64,000 bases of DNA from contig CACZGS010000010.1 of NCBI GenBank assembly GCA_902780785.1, forward strand, positions 44,363 through 108,362, read 5' to 3'. Below are positions 9,372 through 17,560 of the stretch, piece after piece; within the stretch, counting starts at the first letter, position 1, and each line of letters begins with the position of its first letter. The notes below the pieces were generated by a model. The model was not told the DNA's origin. It saw only the letters and a list, made by a program, of their open reading frames with translations, and searched no databases. Source of the DNA: Oscillospiraceae bacterium (lineage in GTDB: Bacteria; Bacillota; Clostridia; Saccharofermentanales; Saccharofermentanaceae). The translations under genes were made by a program, and so were the position numbers.

Positions 9372-10613
9372 ATGAAAAGACCGAATCCGACATTTCTGAA
9401 AAAAGCCGAAGGGATAAAGACATCCCGTAAAAAGCGTACGCTCGTGATCATCCTGATCCTGCTTGCGATTACTTTCGTAGTAGTATTCATAAGTTCAATC
9501 GCGTCCGCTCAGGATACCTACAGGCTTATGTATCCCGGACTTGTCGGTGCGGCCACAAGCACAACTACTGCTTATTCGGCATATCAGAGACCGGTCCATA
9601 CGACCACTGAAACAACAACTGAGGTAACGACGACCATGACGACCACCCAGCCTCATGCGGTGCTCGCTGCGACGCCGACGCCTACCGTATCTCCTGAGGG
9701 TACAGGCCGTTCCCAGAACAATGCGCCTGACCCCTTCATGGAGGACAGGAACTTCAGCTTTAAGCCTATCGAGATCCAGACTGCCTCATACCAGAAGCGC
9801 GCCGTCTATCTCGATGATCTCAAGGAACAGGTTGAGGCTTATCAGAGGAGCCATCCCAATATGAGGATCTGCTATGAGTTCATCTCATTGTCCAGCGGTG
9901 AACGTCTGGGCGTCGATGAGCTCGATCCGGTCCTCCCTTCCGGCGCCATGGCCATTCCTGCCGCGATCGTCTATTACGACAATATCGCGGGCGTAACAGG
10001 ACCTCTTTCCGAAGTCGTTACTTACGACGGAAATTCCAAGGGTTCACGTAATTCTTCTTATATCGCGAGTAAATATTCTTATGGCAAACAGTTCTATATG
10101 AGAACTATCCTTTATTATGCGATCGCGAAAAACGACAGCATCGCGCTCAATCTCCTGTTCAACAAGCTCGGCGGCCAGGAAGAAGCTCTGGCATCGATCA
10201 AGAAGATCAGCGGTTATATCTCTTTCGATGACAAGGTTATCTATAAGGATTACAGCGGCAAGGAATTCCGCACATCCGGAACCATTTCCTGCTACGACAT
10301 GGGCCAGTATCTCTCCTACATCTACCGCACGTTCACGATCAACCCCCAGGTAAACCAGCGTCTGTTAAACGACCTGGCGGCAAATGAGATCGGCTCGCCT
10401 TTATCTGCCGCTTTCCCTGAGGATACGAGGATCCTTCACGTTCTGGGCAGAAACACAGAGCGTAAAGCATATATGGAATGCGCTATCGTGGATTATAAGG
10501 AGCCTTTCGCGCTCATAATCTACGTTGAAGCATCCACTTCAGATTCAGCGGGAACGGCAATTGCAACGCTCGGGAGCTATACACAGAAATATATCGAGTT
10601 GTGCTACAAATAA
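9372..10613 (+). CDS. Membrane-anchored class-A beta-lactamase-fold (serine-hydrolase-like) protein; catalytic motifs apparently degenerate
   Basis: 413 aa with an N-terminal TM (LVIILILLAITFVVVFI) and a Thr-rich linker. The segment YYAIAKNDSIALNLLFNKLGG resembles the class A SDN-loop region (..SDN.A.NLL....GG). No clear SxxK or KTG motif could be aligned by eye. Confidence 0.5.
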   Translation: MKRPNPTFLKKAEGIKTSRKKRTLVIILILLAITFVVVFISSIASAQDTYRLMYPGLVGAATSTTTAYSAYQRPVHTTTETTTEVTTTMTTTQPHAVLAATPTPTVSPEGTGRSQNNAPDPFMEDRNFSFKPIEIQTASYQKRAVYLDDLKEQVEAYQRSHPNMRICYEFISLSSGERLGVDELDPVLPSGAMAIPAAIVYYDNIAGVTGPLSEVVTYDGNSKGSRNSSYIASKYSYGKQFYMRTILYYAIAKNDSIALNLLFNKLGGQEEALASIKKISGYISFDDKVIYKDYSGKEFRTSGTISCYDMGQYLSYIYRTFTINPQVNQRLLNDLAANEIGSPLSAAFPEDTRILHVLGRNTERKAYMECAIVDYKEPFALIIYVEASTSDSAGTAIATLGSYTQKYIELCYK

Positions 10614-10677
10614 TGTTGTCCTCATAATTGAAGTGTCTTATTTTTCTTTTATGATATAATCCATAGTGTTTGAAATA

Positions 10678-10832
10678 CGAGTTCGTCCCGCGCGGTCTGC
10701 CGCCGGCCAAGGTCCCGTGCGATTTCGGGCTGTGAACCCTGTCAGGTCCGGAAGGAAGCAGCAGTAAGCGGTTTACGGAGTGCGCCGCGGGTCAAGCCTT
10801 ACCGACGGCAGTTCGGGCGGGACGGACTTTTT
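10678..10832 (+). ncRNA. ffs: Signal recognition particle RNA (small bacterial SRP/4.5S-type)
   Basis: Contains the universally conserved domain IV motif GTCAGGTCCGGAAGGAAGCAGC (10741-10762). The terminal helix pairs GTTCGTCCCGC (10681-10691) with GCGGGACGGAC (10817-10827) and is followed by TTTTTTATTTT. An extended -10 (TGATATAAT) sits at 10652-10660. The position immediately upstream of dnaX matches the Bacillus/Clostridium scr-dnaX-ybaB-recR arrangement. Confidence 0.88.
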
Positions 10833-10870
10833 TATTTTCGGTTTAAGATTTGGGCTTTAAGGAATTTGCT

Positions 10871-13126
10871 ATGGAAGATCATATCGTTCTCTACAGACAA
10901 TACAGACCTGTTACCTTTGACGATGTTGTCGGTCAGGACGCCGCAAAGACTGCATTAAGGCAGTCGGTAGTATCGAAGAAGCTCGCTCACGCTTATCTTT
11001 TCTGCGGCCAGCACGGCACGGGCAAGACCACGATCGCCAAGATCTTCGCAAGAGCGGTCAACTGCGAGCACCCCGTCAACGGCAATCCATGCAACGAGTG
11101 CCCCACATGTAAGGGTATCCTTGACGGTTCCATCCTCGACGTTACAGAGATGGACGCCGCTTCCAATAACGGTGTCGATGACATCAGGCCTATCCTTCAG
11201 GAAGTAAATTTCGCTCCTACAAGAACAACATATAAAGTCTATATAATCGACGAGGTCCACATGCTCTCAAAGGGTGCTTTCAATGCACTCCTCAAGACCA
11301 TCGAGGAACCTCCGAAGCATGTAATCTTCCTTTTCGCGACAACAGAATCGGATAAGATCCCCGCAACGATCATTTCCCGTTGCCAGAGATATGATTTCAA
11401 GAGGATCCCTTTAGATCTCATTACCGCAAGATTAAGAGAAGTCTGCGGCAAGTCCGGCATCAAGGCTTCCGACGACGCACTCCGTCTCATCGCTTCAAGA
11501 TCTGACGGCGCTCTCCGTGACGCGCTCTCACTGCTCGACCAGATCTCCGCTATCTCAGGCGGAGACAATGAGATATCATCCCAGGATGTCGAGAAGATCA
11601 CAGGCACCGTCGACAGCTCATTCCTCTTTAAGATGGCTAACTGCCTTATCGATGCCAGATTCGATGAGCTTATCGACCTTTGCGAGATCCTGAACGCTTC
11701 AGGCAAGAACCAGGCGCGTTTCACACTGGATCTTGCAGCTTACTTCAGAGACCTCCTGATCATCAGAGTCAAGGCAGACCCCATCATCTATCTGCCCTAC
11801 CCCAAGGAAACCATCAAGGATATGTATCAGACGGCCGCAAAGGTCAGCGCCGATACATTGACAGGTTATATCAGTTACCTCTCCAAGGAATACGCAGAGC
11901 TCCGCAAGTCACCTGATATTCCCACGAGCTTCGAGCTCATGCTGATGCGCCTCTGCGGCAGAAAATCAGCTTTGCCGGTAACACCCATCGTGATCCCCGA
12001 CTTCGAGAAGAAGCAGGCTGAGGCAGCCGCTACACTCACGATTGAGGACAAGAAGGAACCCGAAGAACCCAAGAAGGCTGAAGAACCCGTTAAGGCTCCA
12101 GAAGAGCCCGTAAAGGAAGATAAGTCTGAAGAGCCTGAAGCAAAGCCCGCTGCAGAATCAAAGCCGGCTTTCTCCAACCCTGCTCCCTACAGACCCCAGC
12201 CGTCTTCTGCACCTTCAGGACTATTCCCGTTCAGCCAGACTCCGTCTGAGCCCAAGGAACCGAAGGAACCCAAGGCAAGCGAGCCTTCATTGTCTTCTTT
12301 TGACGCTCTTTTCGCGCCTTCTGCAAACGTTACGGCAAAAGAACCCGATGAACCCGAAGAGCCTTCTGTCGATCCTGATGACGATGCATATATTCCCGGA
12401 GACGAATCATTTAATGAGCACTCCGAGCCTACGATATTCTCATTCATGCCCAAGGACACTGAACCTCAGTTAAGCTTCGGCACGGATGAGCCTGAACCTG
12501 AAGAACCCGCAGCGCCTTCGAACTTCTCATTTGACCTGCCCGAAGACAAGCCCGCGCCTTCAGCCGGGATCTTTGCAGGCCTTGCGACATCATTCTTAAG
12601 AGATCTCGAAGATGATATCGGCTCCAAGGAAGAGCCTGCGGCAGAACCCGCAGCAGAAGCTCCCGCGCAGCCGCGTTCACAGCTGGCAGTTCAGGCAGAC
12701 AAGAGCGGCCTTATCGTTGACGGCAGGCCCAGATCAGGCGTCAGAGCCCCTTCTTTCAGCGGCGAGTCAACTGATGTAGACTTCAGATGGTCCAATATCA
12801 CCGCTAAGCTCAAGGAGAGCAACGATAATATCGCGGTCATCCTGGAGCAGACAAAGCTCCGCAAGGACGGCAATTCCGCTTATATCGTTTTCGAAGACAA
12901 GGATACAAAGCTTCTGTCCAACCTTAAGAGATCCCAGGCATTCAGACAGATCTCGGCAGGCATAAAGGATGAGTTCGGCGCAGAGCATCTCTTCCTCTGC
13001 ACCAGGACACAGTTTTCAAATCTCGAAAAGAAGAACCAGGAGTCAGAGCTCGACAGGAAGCTCGATGACTTGAACGAGCGTTCCCAGAATCTGGGCGTTC
13101 CTACGGATTTTCATTTCGGTGACTGA
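10871..13126 (+). CDS. dnaX: DNA polymerase III subunit gamma/tau with a long Pro/Glu/Ala-rich linker
   Basis: AAA+ clamp-loader motifs GQHGTGKTT, Zn module CNECPTC, Walker B YIIDEVHML and SRC (ISRCQRY). I set the start at the ATG at 10871 (MEDHIVLYRQYRP); the track ORF starts at 10850. Confidence 0.93.
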   Translation: MEDHIVLYRQYRPVTFDDVVGQDAAKTALRQSVVSKKLAHAYLFCGQHGTGKTTIAKIFARAVNCEHPVNGNPCNECPTCKGILDGSILDVTEMDAASNNGVDDIRPILQEVNFAPTRTTYKVYIIDEVHMLSKGAFNALLKTIEEPPKHVIFLFATTESDKIPATIISRCQRYDFKRIPLDLITARLREVCGKSGIKASDDALRLIASRSDGALRDALSLLDQISAISGGDNEISSQDVEKITGTVDSSFLFKMANCLIDARFDELIDLCEILNASGKNQARFTLDLAAYFRDLLIIRVKADPIIYLPYPKETIKDMYQTAAKVSADTLTGYISYLSKEYAELRKSPDIPTSFELMLMRLCGRKSALPVTPIVIPDFEKKQAEAAATLTIEDKKEPEEPKKAEEPVKAPEEPVKEDKSEEPEAKPAAESKPAFSNPAPYRPQPSSAPSGLFPFSQTPSEPKEPKEPKASEPSLSSFDALFAPSANVTAKEPDEPEEPSVDPDDDAYIPGDESFNEHSEPTIFSFMPKDTEPQLSFGTDEPEPEEPAAPSNFSFDLPEDKPAPSAGIFAGLATSFLRDLEDDIGSKEEPAAEPAAEAPAQPRSQLAVQADKSGLIVDGRPRSGVRAPSFSGESTDVDFRWSNITAKLKESNDNIAVILEQTKLRKDGNSAYIVFEDKDTKLLSNLKRSQAFRQISAGIKDEFGAEHLFLCTRTQFSNLEKKNQESELDRKLDDLNERSQNLGVPTDFHFGD

Positions 13127-13165
13127 ATATATAATTGATTAGAATAAATTTCGGAGGTTTTTAAA

Positions 13166-13504
13166 ATGGCTAAAGGATTCCGTGGCGGAATGGGAATGGG
13201 CGGCAATATGAGCCAGGTTATGGCTCAGGCTCAGAGAATGCAGAGACAGATCGAGATGGCTCAGGCTGAGATCCAGGAAATGCGTTTCACAGGCACAGCA
13301 GGCGGTGAGCTCGTTAAGGTAGTCGTTACCGGCAAGCACCAGCTCGAGAGTGTCGAGATCGCTAAGGACGTAGTCGATCCTGATGATATCGAAGGTCTCC
13401 AGGATCTCATCATCGCTGCTGCTAACCAGGCTTTGGCACAGATCGACAAGACCAACCAGGAGCGCATCGGCTCCATCACCGGCGGCATGAAGATGCCCTT
13501 CTGA
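13166..13504 (+). CDS. ybaB: YbaB/EbfC family nucleoid-associated protein
   Basis: 112 aa with the typical N-terminal Gly/Met-rich tail followed by QAQRMQ..., and a conserved position between dnaX and recR. Confidence 0.92.
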   Translation: MAKGFRGGMGMGGNMSQVMAQAQRMQRQIEMAQAEIQEMRFTGTAGGELVKVVVTGKHQLESVEIAKDVVDPDDIEGLQDLIIAAANQALAQIDKTNQERIGSITGGMKMPF

Positions 13505-13506
13505 TA

Positions 13507-14130
13507 ATGGCAAGATATTCGCCTTCGATTCAGAATCTCATAGCTCAGTTAAGCAGTCTTCCCGGCATAGGCGGCAAGTCTGCACAGCGTTTGGCATTCC
13601 ATATCCTTGCTATGGACAATAAGGATGCCGAAGCTCTGACGTCCTCAATAATGGCCGCAAGACAGTCCACAAAGAGATGTTCCTGCTGCCAGAATTTCAC
13701 GGACTCTGATCCCTGCCCTATATGCTCGGATCCTTTGAGAGACAAGACCACGATACTTGTCGTTGAATCACCCAGAGACGTATCCACTTTCGAGCGTGCC
13801 CACGAATACAAGGGACTTTACCATGTGCTTCACGGCGTATTTAATCCCATGAAGTCCATGAGTATCTCTGATACGACCATACCTGATCTTATTAAGCGCC
13901 TTGCCGATCACCCTGAAGTCTCAGAGGTTATCGTCGCGACCAACCAGACTGCCGAAGGAAATGCCACGGCTCTCTATCTGTCGAGAATGGTAGGCCCTTC
14001 AGGTATCAAGGTATCCAGACTCGCATCCGGTCTTCCGATGGGCTCTGATATCGAATATGCAGATGACTTAACACTCCTTTCCGCTCTTAAGGGAAGAGTG
14101 ATCCTTGCAGGAGAAAATAATGAGGCTTGA
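13507..14130 (+). CDS. recR: Recombination protein RecR
   Basis: 207 aa with the HhH motif LPGIGGKSAQRLAFH, Cys4 zinc finger CSCC...CPIC and Toprim ILVVESPRDV. Confidence 0.95.
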   Translation: MARYSPSIQNLIAQLSSLPGIGGKSAQRLAFHILAMDNKDAEALTSSIMAARQSTKRCSCCQNFTDSDPCPICSDPLRDKTTILVVESPRDVSTFERAHEYKGLYHVLHGVFNPMKSMSISDTTIPDLIKRLADHPEVSEVIVATNQTAEGNATALYLSRMVGPSGIKVSRLASGLPMGSDIEYADDLTLLSALKGRVILAGENNEA

Positions 14131-14362
14131 TAAATTCCTTAAGCTCTCCAGAGTAATAAAGCGCAGAACGGTCGCAAATGATGTCTGCCAGGCCGGCAGA
14201 GTTACCGTAAACGGTAAGCCCGCAAAGCCTTCCGTAAAGCTCAAGGTCGGCGATGTCGTTACGATCCTCTTCGGCAGCGGTGAAGTCAAATTCAGGGTCT
14301 TATCGCTCCAGGAAACGGTCAGGAAAGAGGAAGCCGCTTCGATGTACGAGCTCCTTGAATGA
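14120..14362 (+). CDS. RNA-binding S4 domain protein
   Basis: MRLDKFLKLSRVIKRRTVANDVCQAGRVTVNGKPAKPS is a classic S4 fold signature. I set the start at the ATG at 14120 behind AGGAGA; the track ORF starts at 14105. Confidence 0.85.
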   Translation: MRLDKFLKLSRVIKRRTVANDVCQAGRVTVNGKPAKPSVKLKVGDVVTILFGSGEVKFRVLSLQETVRKEEAASMYELLE

Positions 14363-14398
14363 AATCTGAGTCATTAATATTACAAGTACTTTAAGTTT

Positions 14399-14429
14399 AA
14401 CCCCGGGTTGTTGTTTTGAACCCGGGGTT
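14399..14429 (+). terminator. Perfect 11-bp stem hairpin after the dnaX-recR-S4 operon (terminator-like, no strong U-tract)
   Basis: AACCCCGGGTT (14399-14409), a 9-nt loop, then AACCCGGGGTT (14419-14429). Confidence 0.45.
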
Positions 14430-14473
14430 AAGTAATAATTATTGTATATCGCTGTAATTTCCGGAGGCATATC

Positions 14474-14788
14474 TTGCGCAAAGTCAGACGCAAAACAGGC
14501 GGAATATCATTCTTAACGGCAATGATCTGCATTGTCTGCGTTGTCGTCGGAATTCTCTGCCTTACCAAGTATGCCAACATCAACAGACAGAAGGAACGCC
14601 TTAAGGCTGAGAACTCTTCCCTTGTAGCACAGTCTGAAGCATTGTCTGATAAGCTCCAGCAGATCAGGGCACAGGAAGAATTCGGCAAGGACGATGCCTA
14701 CGTCGAGAGCGTTGCAAGAACACAGCTCGACATGGTATATCCCGGCGAGGTGATCTTCCGCGTATCCGGCGATAAGTACAGCAACTGA
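14474..14788 (+). CDS. Septum formation initiator family protein (FtsB/DivIC-like)
   Basis: 104 aa with an N-terminal TM, a coiled coil (RLKAENSSLVAQSEALSDKLQQI) and the typical C-terminal motif DAYVESVARTQLDMVYPGEVIF. The start codon is TTG. Confidence 0.82.
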   Translation: MRKVRRKTGGISFLTAMICIVCVVVGILCLTKYANINRQKERLKAENSSLVAQSEALSDKLQQIRAQEEFGKDDAYVESVARTQLDMVYPGEVIFRVSGDKYSN

Positions 14789-14800
14789 TCCCGACTGAGT

Positions 14801-16048
14801 TTAATTTGTATTAAGGATATTCTTGGAAGCAAGATATGCTTCGCTCATGCATGCCTGGAGGTTATATCCTCCGCTGATGCCGTCTATGTCCAGCGCTTCG
14901 CCGATTATATAAAGGCCCGGAACGATCTTCGATTCCATGGTCTTCCTGTCCACCTCTTTAAGCGGCACTCCGCCCCTGGTGACATATGCAATGTTGAGGT
15001 CCGCAGCTTCTGCCAGAACGATTTTAAGATGCTTTATCTCACGGCAGACATTCTTACGGTTCTCCTTTGTAAAGCCCTGTGCGTAAAGTCCTTCGGCTCC
15101 TGCCCTTGCCGTGATCTCAGATGCAACAGACTGGGGCACGAACCTTGATAAAAGCGTGGTTATCTTTGTATCAGAGTGCTGCCCTATCAGGTCCAGAAGC
15201 ACTTTGTCGAACTCCTCATCACTCATGGAAGGAACGAGATCGAGCTCTATATATACATCCTTTCCGTTAATGTCTTTAGGGACTTCTCTTGATATCTCCA
15301 TTACCGCAGGACCCGTAAGGCCGAATTCCGCAAACAGTATCTCGCCTTCTTTGGACGCGGTTTTCCTGCCCTCACTGTAAAGTGCGACGCCGGCATTAAC
15401 CGGTACACCGCTTAAGCTCTTGCAGAAGGCCTTATCCTTCCCGTCAGCCTTTAACGGCGCGAGCGCGCCTCTTACGGGGATCACCGAGTGTCCCAGACTC
15501 TCTGCGAACCTGTATGAATCGCCCGTTGAGCCGGTCTTAGGAAAAGAAGAACCGCCGCAGGATAAGATCACGTTATCAAATGATAACGTCCCCTTTGATG
15601 TCTCCACCTCAAAGCAGGAAGTCTTCCTGATGCCCTTTACATTTGCATCACAGACGATCTCAGTGGTGCCTGAGATATATGAAACCAGCCTGTCTCTTAC
15701 GGTTACCGCGCTGTCACAGACCGGGAAGATCCTGTTATTGTCTTCTTCCTTTACCTTTAATCCTATCTCGTTCTCGAAAAACCTGACCGTATCTTCCGGT
15801 CCGAATTCCTTAAGCGCGGGATATAAGAACTTATCCGCGTCGTGATAGCCCTCTTTAAGCTTGTTTATCTCTTTCCTGTTGGTAATGTTGCAGCGTCCGT
15901 GGCCTGTGAGGATGAGCTTTTTGCCCGGCACGGGATTCTTCTCGATCAGAGTGACTTTTATATCACTTCCGCCACTAAGCCTTTTTAACTGGCAGGCCGC
16001 AAAAAGTCCTGCTGCGCCGCCTCCGATTATGCCTATACGCTTCTTCAT
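14801..16048 (-). CDS. NAD(P)/FAD-dependent oxidoreductase, HI0933/YhiN (BaiN-like) flavoprotein family
   Basis: 415 aa with the dinucleotide fold IGIIGGGAAGLFAA. Length and C-terminal pattern fit the HI0933 family. Confidence 0.8.
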   Translation of the reverse strand: MKKRIGIIGGGAAGLFAACQLKRLSGGSDIKVTLIEKNPVPGKKLILTGHGRCNITNRKEINKLKEGYHDADKFLYPALKEFGPEDTVRFFENEIGLKVKEEDNNRIFPVCDSAVTVRDRLVSYISGTTEIVCDANVKGIRKTSCFEVETSKGTLSFDNVILSCGGSSFPKTGSTGDSYRFAESLGHSVIPVRGALAPLKADGKDKAFCKSLSGVPVNAGVALYSEGRKTASKEGEILFAEFGLTGPAVMEISREVPKDINGKDVYIELDLVPSMSDEEFDKVLLDLIGQHSDTKITTLLSRFVPQSVASEITARAGAEGLYAQGFTKENRKNVCREIKHLKIVLAEAADLNIAYVTRGGVPLKEVDRKTMESKIVPGLYIIGEALDIDGISGGYNLQACMSEAYLASKNILNTN

Positions 16049-16317
16049 CAGGCTTCGATTACTCTTATCTGGAATCTGTCGAATCTTATGTTCTCCGTGT
16101 ACTGTTCACGGAAAAAGATCGTCTGGCCGAACGCCGCAAATTCCTTGGTATTCTTCTTCATCCACATCGGAACGGGGATATCCATCTGCTTGCAGAGCTC
16201 TACAAGAGCCTTCTCCAAACGCTTTGAATAGGAGGCATCCGTGTCCTCCGTTGTGACTTCTTTTATCTCAGTCATCCTGTTTGCGACGAAGAGTCTGCCC
16301 TCGAGTGTCAATCCCAT
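16048..16317 (-). CDS. Hypothetical small protein co-transcribed with the flavoprotein gene
   Basis: 89 aa. Its stop overlaps the downstream start by 1 nt. I recognise no motif. Confidence 0.55.
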   Translation of the reverse strand: MGLTLEGRLFVANRMTEIKEVTTEDTDASYSKRLEKALVELCKQMDIPVPMWMKKNTKEFAAFGQTIFFREQYTENIRFDRFQIRVIEA

Positions 16318-16381
16318 ATCCTCCGATTTTGCTTAATTCTTTGCCACTATTTTGCCTTTTTTGAATCTTAAAGTAAATATT

Positions 16382-16477
16382 GAGGGTGGTAAGATATGGT
16401 TGTTCAAAGTAATTGTTCCTTACTTCATAACACCCTCCTTAAGACACTGACACCCCCTCGTCAGTGTCTTTTATTTG
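16382..16477 (+). ncRNA. Candidate small RNA (two hairpins, C-rich loops, intrinsic terminator) with no upstream same-strand gene
   Basis: Hairpin 1 pairs GAGGGTG (16382-16388) with CACCCTC (16431-16437). Hairpin 2 pairs AAGACACTGA (16441-16450) with TCAGTGTCTT (16461-16470), has loop CACCCCCTCG, and is followed by TTATTTG. A possible promoter is TTGCCT-16-TAAATA at 16352-16379. Confidence 0.3.
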
Positions 16478-16544
16478 TGCATATGTAAATAAAATTTGCT
16501 AGTAAAAATAACAATAAAACCTAGTAAATAAAAGTGTCTTCTTA

Positions 16545-16573
16545 TTGATTATGTAAAAACAAGGTTGTAAAAT
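16545..16573 (+). promoter_or_regulatory. Candidate promoter of the zinc-ribbon/HD-like gene
   Basis: TTGATT (16545-16550), a 17-nt spacer, then TAAAAT (16568-16573). Confidence 0.4.
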
Positions 16574-16628
16574 AGTTTTAAATTATATTTGCGGTTTATC
16601 TTTGAGCCGCAAAACAGGAGGTCACAAC

Positions 16629-17471
16629 ATGAAGAAATGTCCCGATTGCGGTATGGTCATTGCCAATCAGGCTATCAGATGCCCTAAGTGTAAGTATACA
16701 TTCACATCAGCAGACGAGAGTGCAGGCGGTAACGATTCCGCTGCAGTTACTCCTCAGGCAGCAGCTGTTTCAGCAGCAGCTACAGGCAAGTCCGATAAGG
16801 TTGCCGGTATTATGCCGATGATCGAAGTAAACAAGGACAACGTTGATACTCTTTATGAGCAGCTCAAGGCAGCTATAGTTAAGAGAAAGACCGAATTCGA
16901 TCACTTCATCGATTTCCTCGAGAACAGAACATCCTGGCTTACAGCACCTGCAGAAGTTAAGGGTTCCCTCGCTTGCGAGAAGGGTCTCCTCATCAGAAGC
17001 GTTTCTGTTGCTAAGCAGCTCTTAAGAATCAAGGATACGATCATGCCTCAGCTCGACGAAGAGTCCGCTATCATCATCGCTCTCTTCCACGAAGTAGGTA
17101 AGGTTGGTATCGAGGGTAAGCCTCTCTTCATTCAGGATGAGACAAGTTCTCTCGGCGCTACATCCACATTGGGTCTTTCCTTCAGCAGCAGATTGTCAGG
17201 TGCTTCTTCAAGCTCCAACCCTACATACTCTATCAACAATAAGCTCGTTCACATGAACGTTGGCGTTAGATCCCTCTTCCTCGTTTCACAGTACATGCTG
17301 CTCTCAGACGACGAAGCTCAGGCTATCAGCTACGGTTCAGACGTTGAGCTTCTTAAGGGCAAGCTCTCACCTTATACACTTCTCCTCTCTACAGCTCTTC
17401 AGATGCAGAAGACGATCTATGAGGATTCCGATGTTGTATCAGGCTACAGCTTCACAGTAATCAATCCTTAA
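16629..17471 (+). CDS. Zinc-ribbon protein with a C-terminal degenerate HD-like domain (hypothetical)
   Basis: The start is at ATG 16629 behind AGGAGG. N-terminal CPDCG...CPKC zinc ribbon, an Ala/Ser linker, then an HD-like segment in which HEVGK replaces the usual HD.GK and upstream His positions are substituted. Confidence 0.6.
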   Translation: MKKCPDCGMVIANQAIRCPKCKYTFTSADESAGGNDSAAVTPQAAAVSAAATGKSDKVAGIMPMIEVNKDNVDTLYEQLKAAIVKRKTEFDHFIDFLENRTSWLTAPAEVKGSLACEKGLLIRSVSVAKQLLRIKDTIMPQLDEESAIIIALFHEVGKVGIEGKPLFIQDETSSLGATSTLGLSFSSRLSGASSSSNPTYSINNKLVHMNVGVRSLFLVSQYMLLSDDEAQAISYGSDVELLKGKLSPYTLLLSTALQMQKTIYEDSDVVSGYSFTVINP

Positions 17472-17494
17472 TTGATCTAATAAGCGTTTAATCG

Positions 17495-17529
17495 AAAACG
17501 GACTGTCATCTGACAGTCCGTTTTCTTTT
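17495..17529. terminator. Bidirectional rho-independent terminator between convergent genes
   Basis: CGGACTGTCA (17499-17508) pairs with TGACAGTCCG (17511-17520). It is flanked by GAAAA upstream and TTTTCTTTT downstream. Confidence 0.8.
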
Positions 17530-17560
17530 GTGTGCTGTATATCAGAGGAGTGATCTTTCT

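Noticed and set aside
10871-13126. Possible programmed -1 frameshift site in dnaX, and significance of its ~330-aa Pro/Glu/Ala-rich linker.
   Set aside because: I found no A-AAA-AAG-type slippery heptamer with a downstream hairpin in the coding region. Long low-complexity linkers between tau domains III and IV/V are common and not informative.
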